From an uncultured delta proteobacterium (GTDB taxonomy: Bacteria; Myxococcota_A; Polyangia; Fen-1088), in the NCBI GenBank assembly GCA_963796685.1, contig CAWCMR010000015.1, positions 352,001-416,000 of the forward strand: a stretch of DNA of 64,000 nt, given 5' to 3'. The notes under the pieces were generated by a model. The model saw nothing but the letters and a program-made list of their open reading frames with translations. It did not search any database and was not told the origin of the DNA. Shown one piece after another: positions 44,268 to 55,090 of this stretch; position 1 is the stretch's first letter, and each line of letters starts with the position of its first letter. Both the position numbers and the translations under genes were made by a program.

Positions 44268-46049
44268 CTACGTCGGCGATCCTAGCCACCTCGCCCTCAG
44301 TCGCCGCACCCGAGCCGACGCGTCCGCATCCACCGCGAAGGTCCACTTCCGTTCCGGATTGCGCACCAGCTTCAGCTTGGCCATGCGCAGGCGATCCCGG
44401 CGGAAGTACGCCACGGCGATTTCCTGTCCGACCTTGCCGTCGGCCAGGCGTTTGCCGACGGTGGCGCCGTTTACGCGGGCACCGTCGACGGCGATGACCT
44501 CGTCGCCGAAGGTGACGCCCGCGCGCCAGGCGGGCGAGTCGGGGACGACGTTCTTGACCACCGCGCTGTCGTGCTCTCCGCTATTTGCGAAGGAAATGCC
44601 GCTCCAGCCAAGCAGTCGGCGGGCCTTGACCCTGTCGTTGCGTTCGTGCTCGGCGGGCGCTGCGGCCTGCACCTTCACGCCAGCGCCGCGCAGTAGCTCG
44701 GGTACCGGCAACTCCACGGTGCCGTCGATGAAGCGATGGAAGTAGCTGGCGAGCGAGCGGCCGGCGAGGGCCTCGGCTTCGTCGCGGATGACGGCGTCGT
44801 CGATGGCGCGCTCGCGGGCGGCATGGCGCGACCACAGGCGCCTGAACAGATCGGGGAGGCCGCGCCGACCGGCGGTGGCCGAGCGCAGGATCAGGTCCAG
44901 CGCGAGGCCAGCCCAGCGGCCCTTGTCGTAGTAGCTGACCATGCGGTTGGCATGGTTGTCGGCGGGCTTGTATTGCTTGATCCACGCCTCGTACGACAGC
45001 TCGGATAGAGGCGTGACGTTGCGCCCGGGGCGGGCGGCGTAGCGGGTCCAGTCTTCGGCCAGATCCTTGAGATAGCGTTCGGGGGAGAGCAGGCCCGCGC
45101 GCAGCAGGATGAGGGCCTGCATGTGCTCGGTGAAGCCCTCGTGAAACCACAGCAGGCGCGTGTAGTTCTCCTGGGTGTAGTCGAACGGGCCGAGGGGGCG
45201 GTCGTGGATGCGCTTGACGTTCCAGGCGTGGAAGAGCTCGTGCGCGGCCAGCTCGGCGAAACTCTGGTAGCCCTTGTCGTCCTCGAAGGAGGTGCCCACG
45301 ATGTCGAGGGTGCACGAATCGGCGTGCTCGAGGCCGCCGCGCGTGGACAGGGCGTGGATGATGAAGAGGTAGCGCGCGAAGGGGAAGCCGCCGAAGATGG
45401 CGCCGGTGGCGCGCACGATGGCGCGCAGATCGGCGAGGATGCGCGCGAGGTCGGCGTTGGTGCGGCCGTGCAGCGCGATCTCGAAGCGTGTCCCGTCCAC
45501 GCGGAAGGCGAGCACATGGTGCGTGCCGACCTCGACGGGCGAGTCGACCAGCTCGTCGTAGTCGCGGGCGCTGAAGGTGTTGCGTCGGCCGCGCAGGGCG
45601 GGTAGGGCGGTGCTGATGCGCCAGCCGGTGGGGGCCTCGACGGCCAGCACGCACGGCCGGGTCAGCTCGCCGTCGACGAAGAAGAACAGGCTGGTGCCGC
45701 TCAGGAAGGCGTGGCTGTCGTCGAGAAACGAGGTGCGTACGCTGACCTCGTGCGCGAACACGCGGTAGCGCAGGAGCACCGGCCGGCCGCCTGTGTTCAA
45801 GCGCCAGCGCAGCTTGTCGATGCGTACGTGGGGCACGGGCTTCCCGCCGTGGTCGCGGATGTCGAGGTCGTAGACATGGCGGGAAAAGTCACGCACGAGG
45901 TAACTGCCCGGCGCCCAAGCGGGAAAGACCACGTCCAGGCTGTCGCGTTCGGGCAGCGCGGGGATCTGCATGGTGATGTGGAACTCGTGGCTTTGCGGCT
46001 CGGGCATGGCGGCGCGGTAGCGGACGGGCAAGCTGGGGATGTCAGGCAT
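44268..46049 (-). CDS. M61 family metallopeptidase with PDZ domain
   Basis: PAWAPGSY, GGLEH, AHELFHAWN, LWFHEGFT, SYYDKG, SPAWRAG. Confidence 0.95.
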   Translation of the reverse strand: MPDIPSLPVRYRAAMPEPQSHEFHITMQIPALPERDSLDVVFPAWAPGSYLVRDFSRHVYDLDIRDHGGKPVPHVRIDKLRWRLNTGGRPVLLRYRVFAHEVSVRTSFLDDSHAFLSGTSLFFFVDGELTRPCVLAVEAPTGWRISTALPALRGRRNTFSARDYDELVDSPVEVGTHHVLAFRVDGTRFEIALHGRTNADLARILADLRAIVRATGAIFGGFPFARYLFIIHALSTRGGLEHADSCTLDIVGTSFEDDKGYQSFAELAAHELFHAWNVKRIHDRPLGPFDYTQENYTRLLWFHEGFTEHMQALILLRAGLLSPERYLKDLAEDWTRYAARPGRNVTPLSELSYEAWIKQYKPADNHANRMVSYYDKGRWAGLALDLILRSATAGRRGLPDLFRRLWSRHAARERAIDDAVIRDEAEALAGRSLASYFHRFIDGTVELPVPELLRGAGVKVQAAAPAEHERNDRVKARRLLGWSGISFANSGEHDSAVVKNVVPDSPAWRAGVTFGDEVIAVDGARVNGATVGKRLADGKVGQEIAVAYFRRDRLRMAKLKLVRNPERKWTFAVDADASARVRRLRARWLGSPT

Positions 46050-46097
46050 GGGCGCTAGCATATCTGTTCCCGGCGAATCGCGTGCTCTCCGCCTGGA

Positions 46098-47627
46098 CTA
46101 CGAAACCGTTTCCGGCGGCGGCGTGGCGCCGGACTTGGGGTTGTCGTGGCCGGTGGGGTCGGCGGGGATGGGCAGGAACACGCGGAAGACCGCGCCTCCT
46201 CCGGGGCGATCGCCGACCTCCATCCAGCCGTCATGATCCTTGATGATGCCGTGGCTGACGGGCAGACCCAGTCCGCTGCCCTCGCCGGCGTCCTTGGTGG
46301 TGAAGAAGGCGTCGAAGATGCGGGCCCGGTCGGCCTGCGGGACGCCGGGGCCGGTGTCGCAAAACTCGATCACCAGGTAGGGTGAGGGCGGCGCCAAGTC
46401 GAGGCCCTCCTTGCGGCGGGTCACGGGGTGGATGTTGATGGTCAGCTTTCCGCCTTCGGGCATGGCCTGGATGGCGTTCATGATCAGGTTCAGGCACACC
46501 TGCTGGATTTCGTCGGGATCGCCGGGAACGGCGTGCACCTCGGGCTGGCTGTGCACCTCGACCTCGATGCGGTGCTGTTTCAGGTTCTCCTCGACGAACT
46601 CCAGGGTTTCGCGCACGGCCTTGACCACGTCCGCCTCGCTGGCTGCGGGGCGGTTCTTGCGGGACGAGTCGAGCACCTGGCGGATGATCTTGGTGATGCG
46701 GTCGACCTGGGTCGAGATGATCTCGGCGTTCTTCTGCACGTTGGCGGGGTCGTCTGCGCGCCTGGCCAGGGTGCGGGCGCGACCCCCGATCACGTTCAGG
46801 GGCGTGCCCACCTCGTGGGCGATTTCGGCCGCCATTTGGCCGATCGTCGCCAACTTCTCGGCCCGGCGCAGGTGCTCCTCGGTGGCCACGCGGGCAGCGG
46901 TGGCGCGCGCCTCCTTTTCGCGTGCCTCGCGTAGGTAGTTCATCATGTCGTTGAACCGGCCCGCCAGGGTGCCGATCTCGTCGTCGCGTTCGGGCAGCAC
47001 CGCGCGCGACATGTCGCCCTTGGAGACCCCGTCGATGGCCTCGACCAGACGGCGCAGTGGCGTGGCGACCCGGCGCATGAGCATCACGTACATCGCAATG
47101 GCGAAAGCCAAGACGAACACCAGCAGCATGGGGGCCAAGCGCTCGGCCGAGAGCAGGACCTCTTGACTGATGAATTCACCGTTGCGCACCAGGCCCAGAA
47201 ATGCCACCACCTGGCGCCTGGGCTCGCCCGGGGCCGCATTGTGCAGGGGAATCGCCATGGCATAGAAGGGCGAGATACCCTTGATGTCGAAAAGGCGGCC
47301 CACCGGCGCGTCGAGCTTGGTGGCTTCGTCGACCAGCCCGGCCCACGAGTTGTTCGGGCGTTGGGAGCCCCAGGCGATCGCCTCCAGGCGGAAGGAACCC
47401 GTCTTGGTTGCCTGGGCGGCCACGCGTTCTCTGAGCACCTCGCCCGCCCGGTCCCGTGGCAGGGGCTCGATGCCGGTGGTGAGCGCGTCGGCCAGCGCGT
47501 GTGCCTCGCGATCCATGTCGCGCAGCTGATCCGTCCGTAGGACGAGCAGCACGGCACCCACGGCCACCACGAGCACGGCGGCCATGAGAAGCGTGGTGAT
47601 GACGGCGACGCGTGGACCGAGCTTCAT
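46098..47627 (-). CDS. HAMP-domain sensor histidine kinase
   Basis: Two TM segments, DEIGTLA, IAHEVGTPLN, NLIMNA, GSGLGL. Confidence 0.95.
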   Translation of the reverse strand: MKLGPRVAVITTLLMAAVLVVAVGAVLLVLRTDQLRDMDREAHALADALTTGIEPLPRDRAGEVLRERVAAQATKTGSFRLEAIAWGSQRPNNSWAGLVDEATKLDAPVGRLFDIKGISPFYAMAIPLHNAAPGEPRRQVVAFLGLVRNGEFISQEVLLSAERLAPMLLVFVLAFAIAMYVMLMRRVATPLRRLVEAIDGVSKGDMSRAVLPERDDEIGTLAGRFNDMMNYLREAREKEARATAARVATEEHLRRAEKLATIGQMAAEIAHEVGTPLNVIGGRARTLARRADDPANVQKNAEIISTQVDRITKIIRQVLDSSRKNRPAASEADVVKAVRETLEFVEENLKQHRIEVEVHSQPEVHAVPGDPDEIQQVCLNLIMNAIQAMPEGGKLTINIHPVTRRKEGLDLAPPSPYLVIEFCDTGPGVPQADRARIFDAFFTTKDAGEGSGLGLPVSHGIIKDHDGWMEVGDRPGGGAVFRVFLPIPADPTGHDNPKSGATPPPETVS

Positions 47628-47677
47628 GACGGACCTGGACTATAGTACCGTCGTCTCGTCACCATGGAGGTGTCCAA

Positions 47678-48283
47678 ATGCGTCGAATGATCCTCGTAAC
47701 CAGCACATTCCTAGTCGCAGCATTCCTGACCACGCCTTCCGCCCAGGCCCAGAGCTCCACTGGGAGCGCCACCATCACCCCCGCCAGCTCCGGCCACGGG
47801 CGCGGCTTCGGCGTAGGCGCGGTGACCATGCTCAACGGCACGAGCGGTGCCATGGTCACCTGGGGCAGCGCCGGCGGCGGGTTGCATGCCGATGGGATCT
47901 TCGGCCTGCACCACTACCGAGACGGCAACGGCAACTACACCACCAGCTTCGCGATCGCGGGGCGGTTCTGGTACCACGTGCACGCTGCGGCCTTCGCCGA
48001 TTTCTCCCTGGGGGGCGGGATCGGTCTCACCTCCTGGACGAACGACCCAGGCAACCCAGGCTCGGATAGTCGGCTCGACCTTTCTCTCGAGGTCGGCGGG
48101 CAAATGCGCGCCTTCATCGTACCCAACGTGGCGCTGATCGCCGATCTCGGTCTGGGGGCGAACTTCGGTAACAATGACAACATCATCATCGGCGGCCATA
48201 GCGTCACGGGTGGGGGCGAGCCGGAGGGCCCCGGCAACCAATTCGTCCTTGGTACCCTGGGCATCGCCTATTTCTTCGAGTAG
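47678..48283 (+). CDS. Putative small outer-membrane beta-barrel protein
   Basis: Signal peptide, alternating beta strands, C-terminal GIAYFFE. Confidence 0.75.
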   Translation: MRRMILVTSTFLVAAFLTTPSAQAQSSTGSATITPASSGHGRGFGVGAVTMLNGTSGAMVTWGSAGGGLHADGIFGLHHYRDGNGNYTTSFAIAGRFWYHVHAAAFADFSLGGGIGLTSWTNDPGNPGSDSRLDLSLEVGGQMRAFIVPNVALIADLGLGANFGNNDNIIIGGHSVTGGGEPEGPGNQFVLGTLGIAYFFE

Positions 48284-48298
48284 ACCTTCCGCTCGGAA

Positions 48299-51175
48299 AT
48301 GAAGCACGAGCGGAGCGCCGAAGAACCCAATTTCGTCATCGTTCGCGGCGCGCGCGAGCACAACCTGCACATCGACGAGCTGTCGATCCCCAAGCGCCAG
48401 CTCGTCGTATTCACCGGGGTTTCGGGGTCGGGAAAGTCTTCGCTGGCCTTCGATACGCTGTATGCCGAAGGGCAGCGGCGCTACGTCGAGTCGCTGTCGT
48501 CCTACGCGCGGCAGTTCCTGGGCCAGCTCGAAAAGCCCAAGTACGACCAGATCCGCGGGCTTTCGCCCACCATCGCCATCGAGCAGAAGTCGGCGTCGTC
48601 GAACCCGCGCTCGACGGTTGGCACCGTGACCGAGATCTATGACTACCTGCGCGTGCTCTATGCGCGGGCGGGCGAGCAGCGTTGCCACTTGTGCGGCGGC
48701 GAGGTCGCGGCACGCTCGGCGGGCGAGATCGTCGGCGAGCTTTTGACCCTGCCGGCTAAGACCAAGGTGACCTTGCTGGCGCCCAAGGCGGACAACCGCA
48801 AGGGCGAGTTCTGCGAGATCTTCGACGAGGCTCGCAAGGCCGGCTTTGCGCGGGTGCGCATCGACGGGGTCGTGCGACGTCTCGACGAGGTCAGCGCGCT
48901 CGACAAGAAGAAGAAGCACTCGGTGCAGATCGTCGTGGATCGGGTGGCGCTCGACCACGCCGATCGCGCGCGCCTGTCCGATTCCATCGAGACCGCCCTG
49001 CGCGCCGGGGGCGGCACCTTGATAGCGGCGGTCGAAGGCGAGGAGCGCGAGCGCGCCTACAGCGAGGAGCGCGCCTGCCCGAGCTGCGGCGTGGGCCTGC
49101 CCGAGCTGTCGCCGCAGTCTTTTTCCTTCAACAGCCCGCTTGGCATGTGCGTGGACTGCAACGGCCTCGGTTCCAAGCTGGAGGTCGATCCGGATCTGGT
49201 GGTGCCCAACGGCGACCTGTCCATCTCCGAGGGCGCCATCGAGCCGTGGGGCGAACGCTTCGCGCGCGAAGAGGGCTGGACCACGCGCATCGCCGCGGCT
49301 CTCGAAAAGGAGATGGGCATTCCACTCAAGAAGCCGTGGAAACAGCTCACGCCACGCCAGCGCGAGATCGTTCTTTTCGGCACGGGTGAGCGCCGCGTGC
49401 AGGTGAGCTGGACGGGGAAGCACGGTGGCGGCTCGTGGGCTCTGCGCTTCGAGGGCGTGGCCAACAACATCAAGCGCCGCTGGCGCGACACGCACTCCGA
49501 GATGATGCGGCAGTGGCTGGGAAAGTACTTTCGCGAGCAGCTCTGCCGGGCGTGCAAGGGCAAGCGGCTGCGACCCGAATCGCGGGCGGTCTTTCTCGGC
49601 GGCAAGAGCATCGTCGACGTCACCGCCCAGACCGTGGGCGAGGCCGAGAAATACTTCAGCGAGCTTCCCCTGACCGGCTCGCGCGCGCAGATCGCGGCCG
49701 AGATTCTCAAGGAGGTGCGCACGCGCCTCGGCTTCCTGCTCAACGTCGGCCTCGACTACCTGACTCTCGATCGCGTGGCGTCGTCGCTTTCCGGCGGGGA
49801 GGCGCAGCGCATTCGTCTGGCCTCGCAGCTCGGCTCGGAGCTGTCAGGGGTGATGTACGTGCTCGACGAGCCGTCCATCGGTCTGCACCAGCGCGACAAC
49901 CTGCGCCTCATCGCGACCCTGCGCAGGCTGCGCGACCTCGGCAACAGCGTGATCGTCGTCGAGCACGATGCCGAAACCATCGAGTCGGCCGACCACGTGG
50001 TGGATTTCGGCCCAGGGGCCGGGCGGCAGGGTGGGCACGTGGTCGCGGCCGGCACGCCCAAGGAGATCGCGGCGAACAAAAGCTCCCTGACCGGGCGGTA
50101 CATGGCGGGCACCATGCGCATCGAGGTGCCTGCTTCGCGGCGCAAGCCCAAGGGGTTCATCACCCTGCGCGGGGCGCGCGAGCACAACCTGCGCAACCTC
50201 GACGTGGAGTTCCCGCTCGGCGTCCTGCTCGCCATCACCGGTGTTTCCGGGGCAGGCAAGTCGTCGCTCATCAACGGCATCCTGCACCCGGCCCTGCGGC
50301 GCAAGCTCTACGGCGGGATGGAGCAGGTCGGCGCGTACGGCAAGCTCGAAGGCATCGACCAGATCGACAAGGTCGTGGACATCGACCAGAAACCCATCGG
50401 CCGCACCCCGCGCTCGAACCCCGCGACCTACACCAAGTCCTTCGACCACATTCGCGAGCTCTACGCGGGCACCGCGGAGGCCAAGACCTTCGGCTTCGGT
50501 CCGGGACGATTTTCCTTCAATGTGAAGGGCGGGCGTTGCGAGGCCTGCGAGGGCGACGGGGTGAAGACCGTCGAGATGCACTTCCTGGCCGACGTGCACG
50601 TGACCTGCGAGGTGTGCCGCGGTCGGCGCTACAACGACGCCACCCTGCGTGTGAAGTGGAAGGGCCTGGACATCGCCGAGATGCTGGAAACCAGCGTGTC
50701 CGAGGCCCTCGCCCTGTTCGAGAACCATCGCCAGCTCTCGCACATCCTGCGCACCCTCGACGACGTGGGGTTGGGCTACATCGCCCTCGGCCAGTCGGCG
50801 ACCACGCTGTCCGGCGGCGAAGCCCAGCGCGTGAAGCTGTCGCGCGAGCTGGCCAAGCGCGACACCGGCCGCACGCTCTATCTTCTCGACGAGCCGACGA
50901 CGGGCCTGCACTTCGACGACGTTCGCCGCCTGCTCGCCGTCCTCGATCGTCTGGTCGCCGCCGGCAACAGCGTCCTCGTCATTGAGCACAACCTCGACGT
51001 GATCAAGACCGCCGACTACGTCATCGACCTCGGCCCCGAGGGCGGCGCCGCGGGTGGCGACATCATAGCCGCCGGCACCCCCGAGGAAGTCGCCGCCAAC
51101 CCGGGTTCCTACACCGGCCAGTTCCTGGCCGAGCTCCTGGGAAAGCGCTCCGCAGCCTCCCGTCGCGCCGGGTAG
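48299..51175 (+). CDS. uvrA: Excinuclease ABC subunit A
   Basis: GVSGSGKSS, EGQRRYVES, two LSGGEAQR, zinc-finger CxxC pairs. Confidence 0.99.
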   Translation: MKHERSAEEPNFVIVRGAREHNLHIDELSIPKRQLVVFTGVSGSGKSSLAFDTLYAEGQRRYVESLSSYARQFLGQLEKPKYDQIRGLSPTIAIEQKSASSNPRSTVGTVTEIYDYLRVLYARAGEQRCHLCGGEVAARSAGEIVGELLTLPAKTKVTLLAPKADNRKGEFCEIFDEARKAGFARVRIDGVVRRLDEVSALDKKKKHSVQIVVDRVALDHADRARLSDSIETALRAGGGTLIAAVEGEERERAYSEERACPSCGVGLPELSPQSFSFNSPLGMCVDCNGLGSKLEVDPDLVVPNGDLSISEGAIEPWGERFAREEGWTTRIAAALEKEMGIPLKKPWKQLTPRQREIVLFGTGERRVQVSWTGKHGGGSWALRFEGVANNIKRRWRDTHSEMMRQWLGKYFREQLCRACKGKRLRPESRAVFLGGKSIVDVTAQTVGEAEKYFSELPLTGSRAQIAAEILKEVRTRLGFLLNVGLDYLTLDRVASSLSGGEAQRIRLASQLGSELSGVMYVLDEPSIGLHQRDNLRLIATLRRLRDLGNSVIVVEHDAETIESADHVVDFGPGAGRQGGHVVAAGTPKEIAANKSSLTGRYMAGTMRIEVPASRRKPKGFITLRGAREHNLRNLDVEFPLGVLLAITGVSGAGKSSLINGILHPALRRKLYGGMEQVGAYGKLEGIDQIDKVVDIDQKPIGRTPRSNPATYTKSFDHIRELYAGTAEAKTFGFGPGRFSFNVKGGRCEACEGDGVKTVEMHFLADVHVTCEVCRGRRYNDATLRVKWKGLDIAEMLETSVSEALALFENHRQLSHILRTLDDVGLGYIALGQSATTLSGGEAQRVKLSRELAKRDTGRTLYLLDEPTTGLHFDDVRRLLAVLDRLVAAGNSVLVIEHNLDVIKTADYVIDLGPEGGAAGGDIIAAGTPEEVAANPGSYTGQFLAELLGKRSAASRRAG

Positions 51176-51286
51176 GAAGACACAGAGGACACAGAGAACT
51201 TAGAGACGGACTGAAGAAGGCAGGGTTCGGATTTGGGATCCGGATAACCCCTTCCTCTGTGTCCTCCGTGTCCTCTGTGTTTTCTT
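51176..51286. repeat. Inverted-repeat element built from ACACAGAGG nonamers
   Basis: GAAGACACAGAGGACACAGAG ... CTCTGTGTCCTCCGTGTCCTCTGTGTTTTC. Confidence 0.75.
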
Positions 51287-51327
51287 CTCCGTCGCGCCAG
51301 GAGATTGCGACGAAAGTGCTTCCCGTT

Positions 51328-51722
<395 letters not shown>

Positions 51723-51789
51723 AGCGGGAAGCAGGCAGAGTATAGCGCGAAGCGGAGTCGCGTGGGGCGTTCTCGGCAACGCCCCCCCG

Positions 51790-52530
51790 CTAGGTGCTGG
51801 GCTTGTCGCCGACCGGCTCGTCCTTCATCAGGTTTTCCCAATAGACGATGCGGTGGCAGTAGGGGCAGGTCTCGATCGAGGTGCCGCGCTGGAGGACGTT
51901 GTAGAGCTGCGGTGGCACGTTCATGTTGCAGCCCTGGCAAGTGCCGTTGCGAACCGTGGTGACGGCCAGCCCGCGGCGCATGCGAATGGCGCCGTAGCGC
52001 TTGAGCACGTCCGGGCGAATGCCGGCGGCGACCTTGTCGCGGTCGACCTTGATCTCGGCGATCTTGCCTTCCAGCTCGGCCATCTTCTTGCGCGCCACTT
52101 CCGCGTCCTTGTCGATGGACTTGCGCAGGACATCGAGCTCGGCGGCGCGTTCGGCGAGCAGCTTCTCCTTGGCCTGGACGGCCTCGATCAGCTTGGCGAT
52201 CTCTTGCTCGCGCGTTTGCACGCTTTCGCGGGTCGCCTCCATCTCGCGCTGCGCGGCGGCGTACTCCTTCGAATTCTTGGCCAGCGAGAGCTTGTGCTTG
52301 GCGCCGCTGGCCGTGCTCTCGTCGGACTGAAGCTGATTTTTCTGCTCGGAGTAGTAGCGCTGGGATTCGGCGAGCTGCGCGCGCTCGTTTTCGAGCAGGG
52401 TTTCGACCCGGGCAAAGTCGCTCTGGGAGGCTTCGAGCTTGGCGGGTATCGCCTTGTGTGCGTTGGTCAGTTCTTGAATCTGAGCGTCGTATCTTTGGAG
52501 CTCCTCGAGACGCTTAAGCTGATCGCGCAA
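51790..52530 (-). CDS. Coiled-coil C4 zinc-ribbon protein (DUF164-like)
   Basis: AGGAGG then TTG; CQGC...CPYCHRIVY. Confidence 0.92.
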   Translation of the reverse strand: MRDQLKRLEELQRYDAQIQELTNAHKAIPAKLEASQSDFARVETLLENERAQLAESQRYYSEQKNQLQSDESTASGAKHKLSLAKNSKEYAAAQREMEATRESVQTREQEIAKLIEAVQAKEKLLAERAAELDVLRKSIDKDAEVARKKMAELEGKIAEIKVDRDKVAAGIRPDVLKRYGAIRMRRGLAVTTVRNGTCQGCNMNVPPQLYNVLQRGTSIETCPYCHRIVYWENLMKDEPVGDKPST

Positions 52531-52605
52531 CTTTTCCTCCTGGGCTTTCGTGATGGCCCGATTCCTGACGACAAACGAAGGACAATCCGGCAGGCGCTTG
52601 TAGAG

Positions 52606-52678
52606 TGGGCCCACCTGGATTCGAACCAGGGGCCGAGCGGTTATGAGCCGCCAGCTCTGACCGCTGAGCTATGGGCCC
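52606..52678 (-). tRNA. tRNA with CAT anticodon, probably tRNA-Ile2; CCA not encoded
   Basis: GGGCCCATAGCTCAG...CTCATAA...GGTTCGAATCC...TGGGCCCA. Confidence 0.92.
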
Positions 52679-52830
52679 AGCCATGCTTAGGATTACCGTT
52701 AGCAAGCCGGCGAAGCATACTCAGCATGCCCGGCGGTGTCCAGGATTGTGAGGCACAAAACGAATCCTTTTCGAGGGATTGCGCTACTTGCCCGAAAGCA
52801 AACTCGTTTTGGGATGATGAGAAGAAATTG

Positions 52831-53095
52831 CTAGGCGCTCATTCCGCCGAGCACGGCGGCAATCAGAGCAAGACCCAGGATCACGCGGTAGACGACGAAA
52901 CCGTAGGTTGTGCGTGTGCGCAGGAAACGCAGGAGCGATGAGGGCATCGCGTAGGGTGAACGAGTCCAGGGTGCGCTCGTGGCGCGCGGTCTTCTCGACC
53001 ACCGCCATGAGGACGCCGACCGCGATCATCGAGATCGCGATCACGAGAATGGAGCGAAACGATCCCTCTACGAACGGACGCAGGGCGAAAGCCAG
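52831..53095 (-). pseudogene. uppP: Undecaprenyl-diphosphate phosphatase remnant (two joined fragments)
   Basis: PFVEGSFRS..IAISMIAVGVLM..E...TLRDALI then, in another frame, LLRFLRTRTTYGFVVYRVILG; N-terminus and PGxSRSG motif absent. Confidence 0.7.
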
Positions 53096-53901
53096 TTGAC
53101 TTCGCCGGCGTGGACCGGGACGACGGTGCCGTTGCCGGACCGGATCAGCAACGCGCCCGATGGGTCCACGCCCTCCGCGATGCCCTCGATGTGACGGCCA
53201 CCCCGTTCGATGGAGCACGGGCCGAGCACGGCGTGCTGGTTCCAGTTGGTCAGTGCGGCGACCGGGCCGTGGGCGATGAAATGGTCGTAGACGGGCTCGA
53301 AGGAGCGGACGAAAGCCACCAGCACTTCGCTGCGTTCGAGGAGCCGGCCGCGAGCGAGGCAAAGCGAGGTGGCGCGCGTGGCGAGCTCGGCGGGGAACCG
53401 CTCGGAGTTCACGTTGATGCCCACGCCGAGGACGATGTGGCGTACCCTGCTGCCCTCGCTGGCCATTTCGGTGAGGATGCCGGCGACCTTGCGCGGCCCG
53501 TCCGTGGTATCGAGCAGAAGGTCGTTTGGCCACTTGAGTCGCGGTGAAAAGCCGAGGCTCGCGAGCGCCGTGACCAGCGCGGCGCCGGCCAGCAGGGTTA
53601 GCGGCGCCGCTTGCTGCGCAGTCAGGGCGGGTCGAAGAAGGAGCGAGAAGGTCAGGTTCTCACCCGCGGGCGAAAGCCACACCCGCCCGCGCCGTCCGCG
53701 CCCGGCCGTTTGCTCGCCAGCCACCACCAACAGTCCTTCCTCGGCGCCGGCCAGCGCGCGTGTGGCGGTCTCGTCATTGGTCGAGGCGCAGGAAGGCAGG
53801 TACACGACCGGCCTCCCCAGGCGGCATGCCCCCATGGCGGCGAGCAGCGCCGAAGGCTCGAGATCGCGGAAGGTCACGCTTTGTTCCCGGCTAGCCCGCA
53901 T
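53068..53901 (-). CDS. birA: Biotin-[acetyl-CoA carboxylase] ligase (no HTH)
   Basis: STND, QTAGRGRRGR, KWPND, KVAGILTE, GVGINVN. Confidence 0.96.
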   Translation of the reverse strand: MRASREQSVTFRDLEPSALLAAMGACRLGRPVVYLPSCASTNDETATRALAGAEEGLLVVAGEQTAGRGRRGRVWLSPAGENLTFSLLLRPALTAQQAAPLTLLAGAALVTALASLGFSPRLKWPNDLLLDTTDGPRKVAGILTEMASEGSRVRHIVLGVGINVNSERFPAELATRATSLCLARGRLLERSEVLVAFVRSFEPVYDHFIAHGPVAALTNWNQHAVLGPCSIERGGRHIEGIAEGVDPSGALLIRSGNGTVVPVHAGEVNWLSPCVRS

Positions 53902-53979
53902 TATTCACCACGGTTGGATTGTCGGCGGCCATGATCAAACAGGCTGTCTCGTACTCACGGAAGGGGTGGCGGGCTAGCT

Positions 53980-54120
53980 CGTTTGTCATGCCCGCGAGGC
54001 TTCGCTGCCGGCGAAGCCGGCAGGCTCCGCACGCGTTTGTCATGGGAACCCTGGGAGGGTTCCCAAACCCTCCCGCGAGGCTTCGCTGCCGGCGAAGCCG
54101 GCAGGCTCCGCACGCGTTTG
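53980..54120. repeat. 81-bp plus 54-bp palindromic elements inserted at the 3' end of nadC
   Basis: CGTTTG at 53980, 54034, 54115; GGGAACCCTGGGAGGGTTCCC shared with the 6152 array. Confidence 0.9.
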
Positions 54121-54978
54121 GTCGATGGCGATGTCCAGGGCCAGATCCACCGCCGGAGCGGAATGGGTGAGGGCGCCCGCGGAGACGATGTCCACCCCCG
54201 TGCGTGCCAGAATCGCTATCTGTTCCAGGGTTACCCCGCCAGATACTTCAAGTAATGGATGATGTTTTCGCGCGTGCGCCTTGGCCGTCGCTTTTTCGAT
54301 GTCGGGGAGGCTGAAATTGTCGAGGAGAACGATGTCCGCGCCGGCGTCCAGGGCCTCGTCGAGCTGTTCCAGCGAGTCGACCTCGACCTCGATCTTTAGG
54401 CCGTGCGGGATCTTGCCCCGCGTTCGGCGCACGGCTTCGCCGACCCCGCCCGCCACGGCCACGTGGTTGTCTTTGATGAGGACGCCCGAGCCCAGGTCGA
54501 AGCGATGGTTGCTCGCCCCGCCCATGCGAACCGCGTACTTTTCCAGCAAGCGAAAGCCGGGCGTGGTCTTGCGCGTGTCGGCGATGCGAAGAGCCGTACC
54601 AGACGCGGCGTCGACGAAGGCCCTGGACAGGGTGGCCACGCCTGACAGGCGCTGCACGAAATTGAGCGCCGTGCGCTCGGAGGCCAGCAGCGATGCCGCT
54701 CTGCCGGTATAGGTCGCCACCCGCGCGCCCGCCGCCAGTCGATCTCCATCCTTGGCCAGCTCGGTCGCCGCGATGGACGCGTCCACGTGCTCGAAGACCG
54801 CCGTGCAGATTCCCAGCCCGGCCAGCACCAGTGGTTGGCGCGTGACCAGATGGGCCGTGGCCGTGGCGCCCGCATCGATGACGGCCTGGGTGGTGACGTC
54901 GCCGCGGCCCAGATCCTCTTCGAGCGCCAGGTCGATGAGGCGGCGGACGGCGTGGGTGTTGAGCAACGCGTCGAGCAT
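54040..54978 (-). CDS. nadC: Nicotinate-nucleotide pyrophosphorylase with a repeat-derived C-tail
   Basis: [40 protein letters not shown]. Confidence 0.97.
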   Translation of the reverse strand: MLDALLNTHAVRRLIDLALEEDLGRGDVTTQAVIDAGATATAHLVTRQPLVLAGLGICTAVFEHVDASIAATELAKDGDRLAAGARVATYTGRAASLLASERTALNFVQRLSGVATLSRAFVDAASGTALRIADTRKTTPGFRLLEKYAVRMGGASNHRFDLGSGVLIKDNHVAVAGGVGEAVRRTRGKIPHGLKIEVEVDSLEQLDEALDAGADIVLLDNFSLPDIEKATAKAHARKHHPLLEVSGGVTLEQIAILARTGVDIVSAGALTHSAPAVDLALDIAIDQTRAEPAGFAGSEASREGLGTLPGFP

Positions 54979-55090
54979 GAGGCGAGCATAGCGTGCCTGA
55001 GCGGGTTGCGGAACTGGTCGTGGAGGCGTTCAAGCCCCGCACAGCCCAGCACGTTGACTACCGGGTACGTCCGCGGTAGGTACGACGCAA

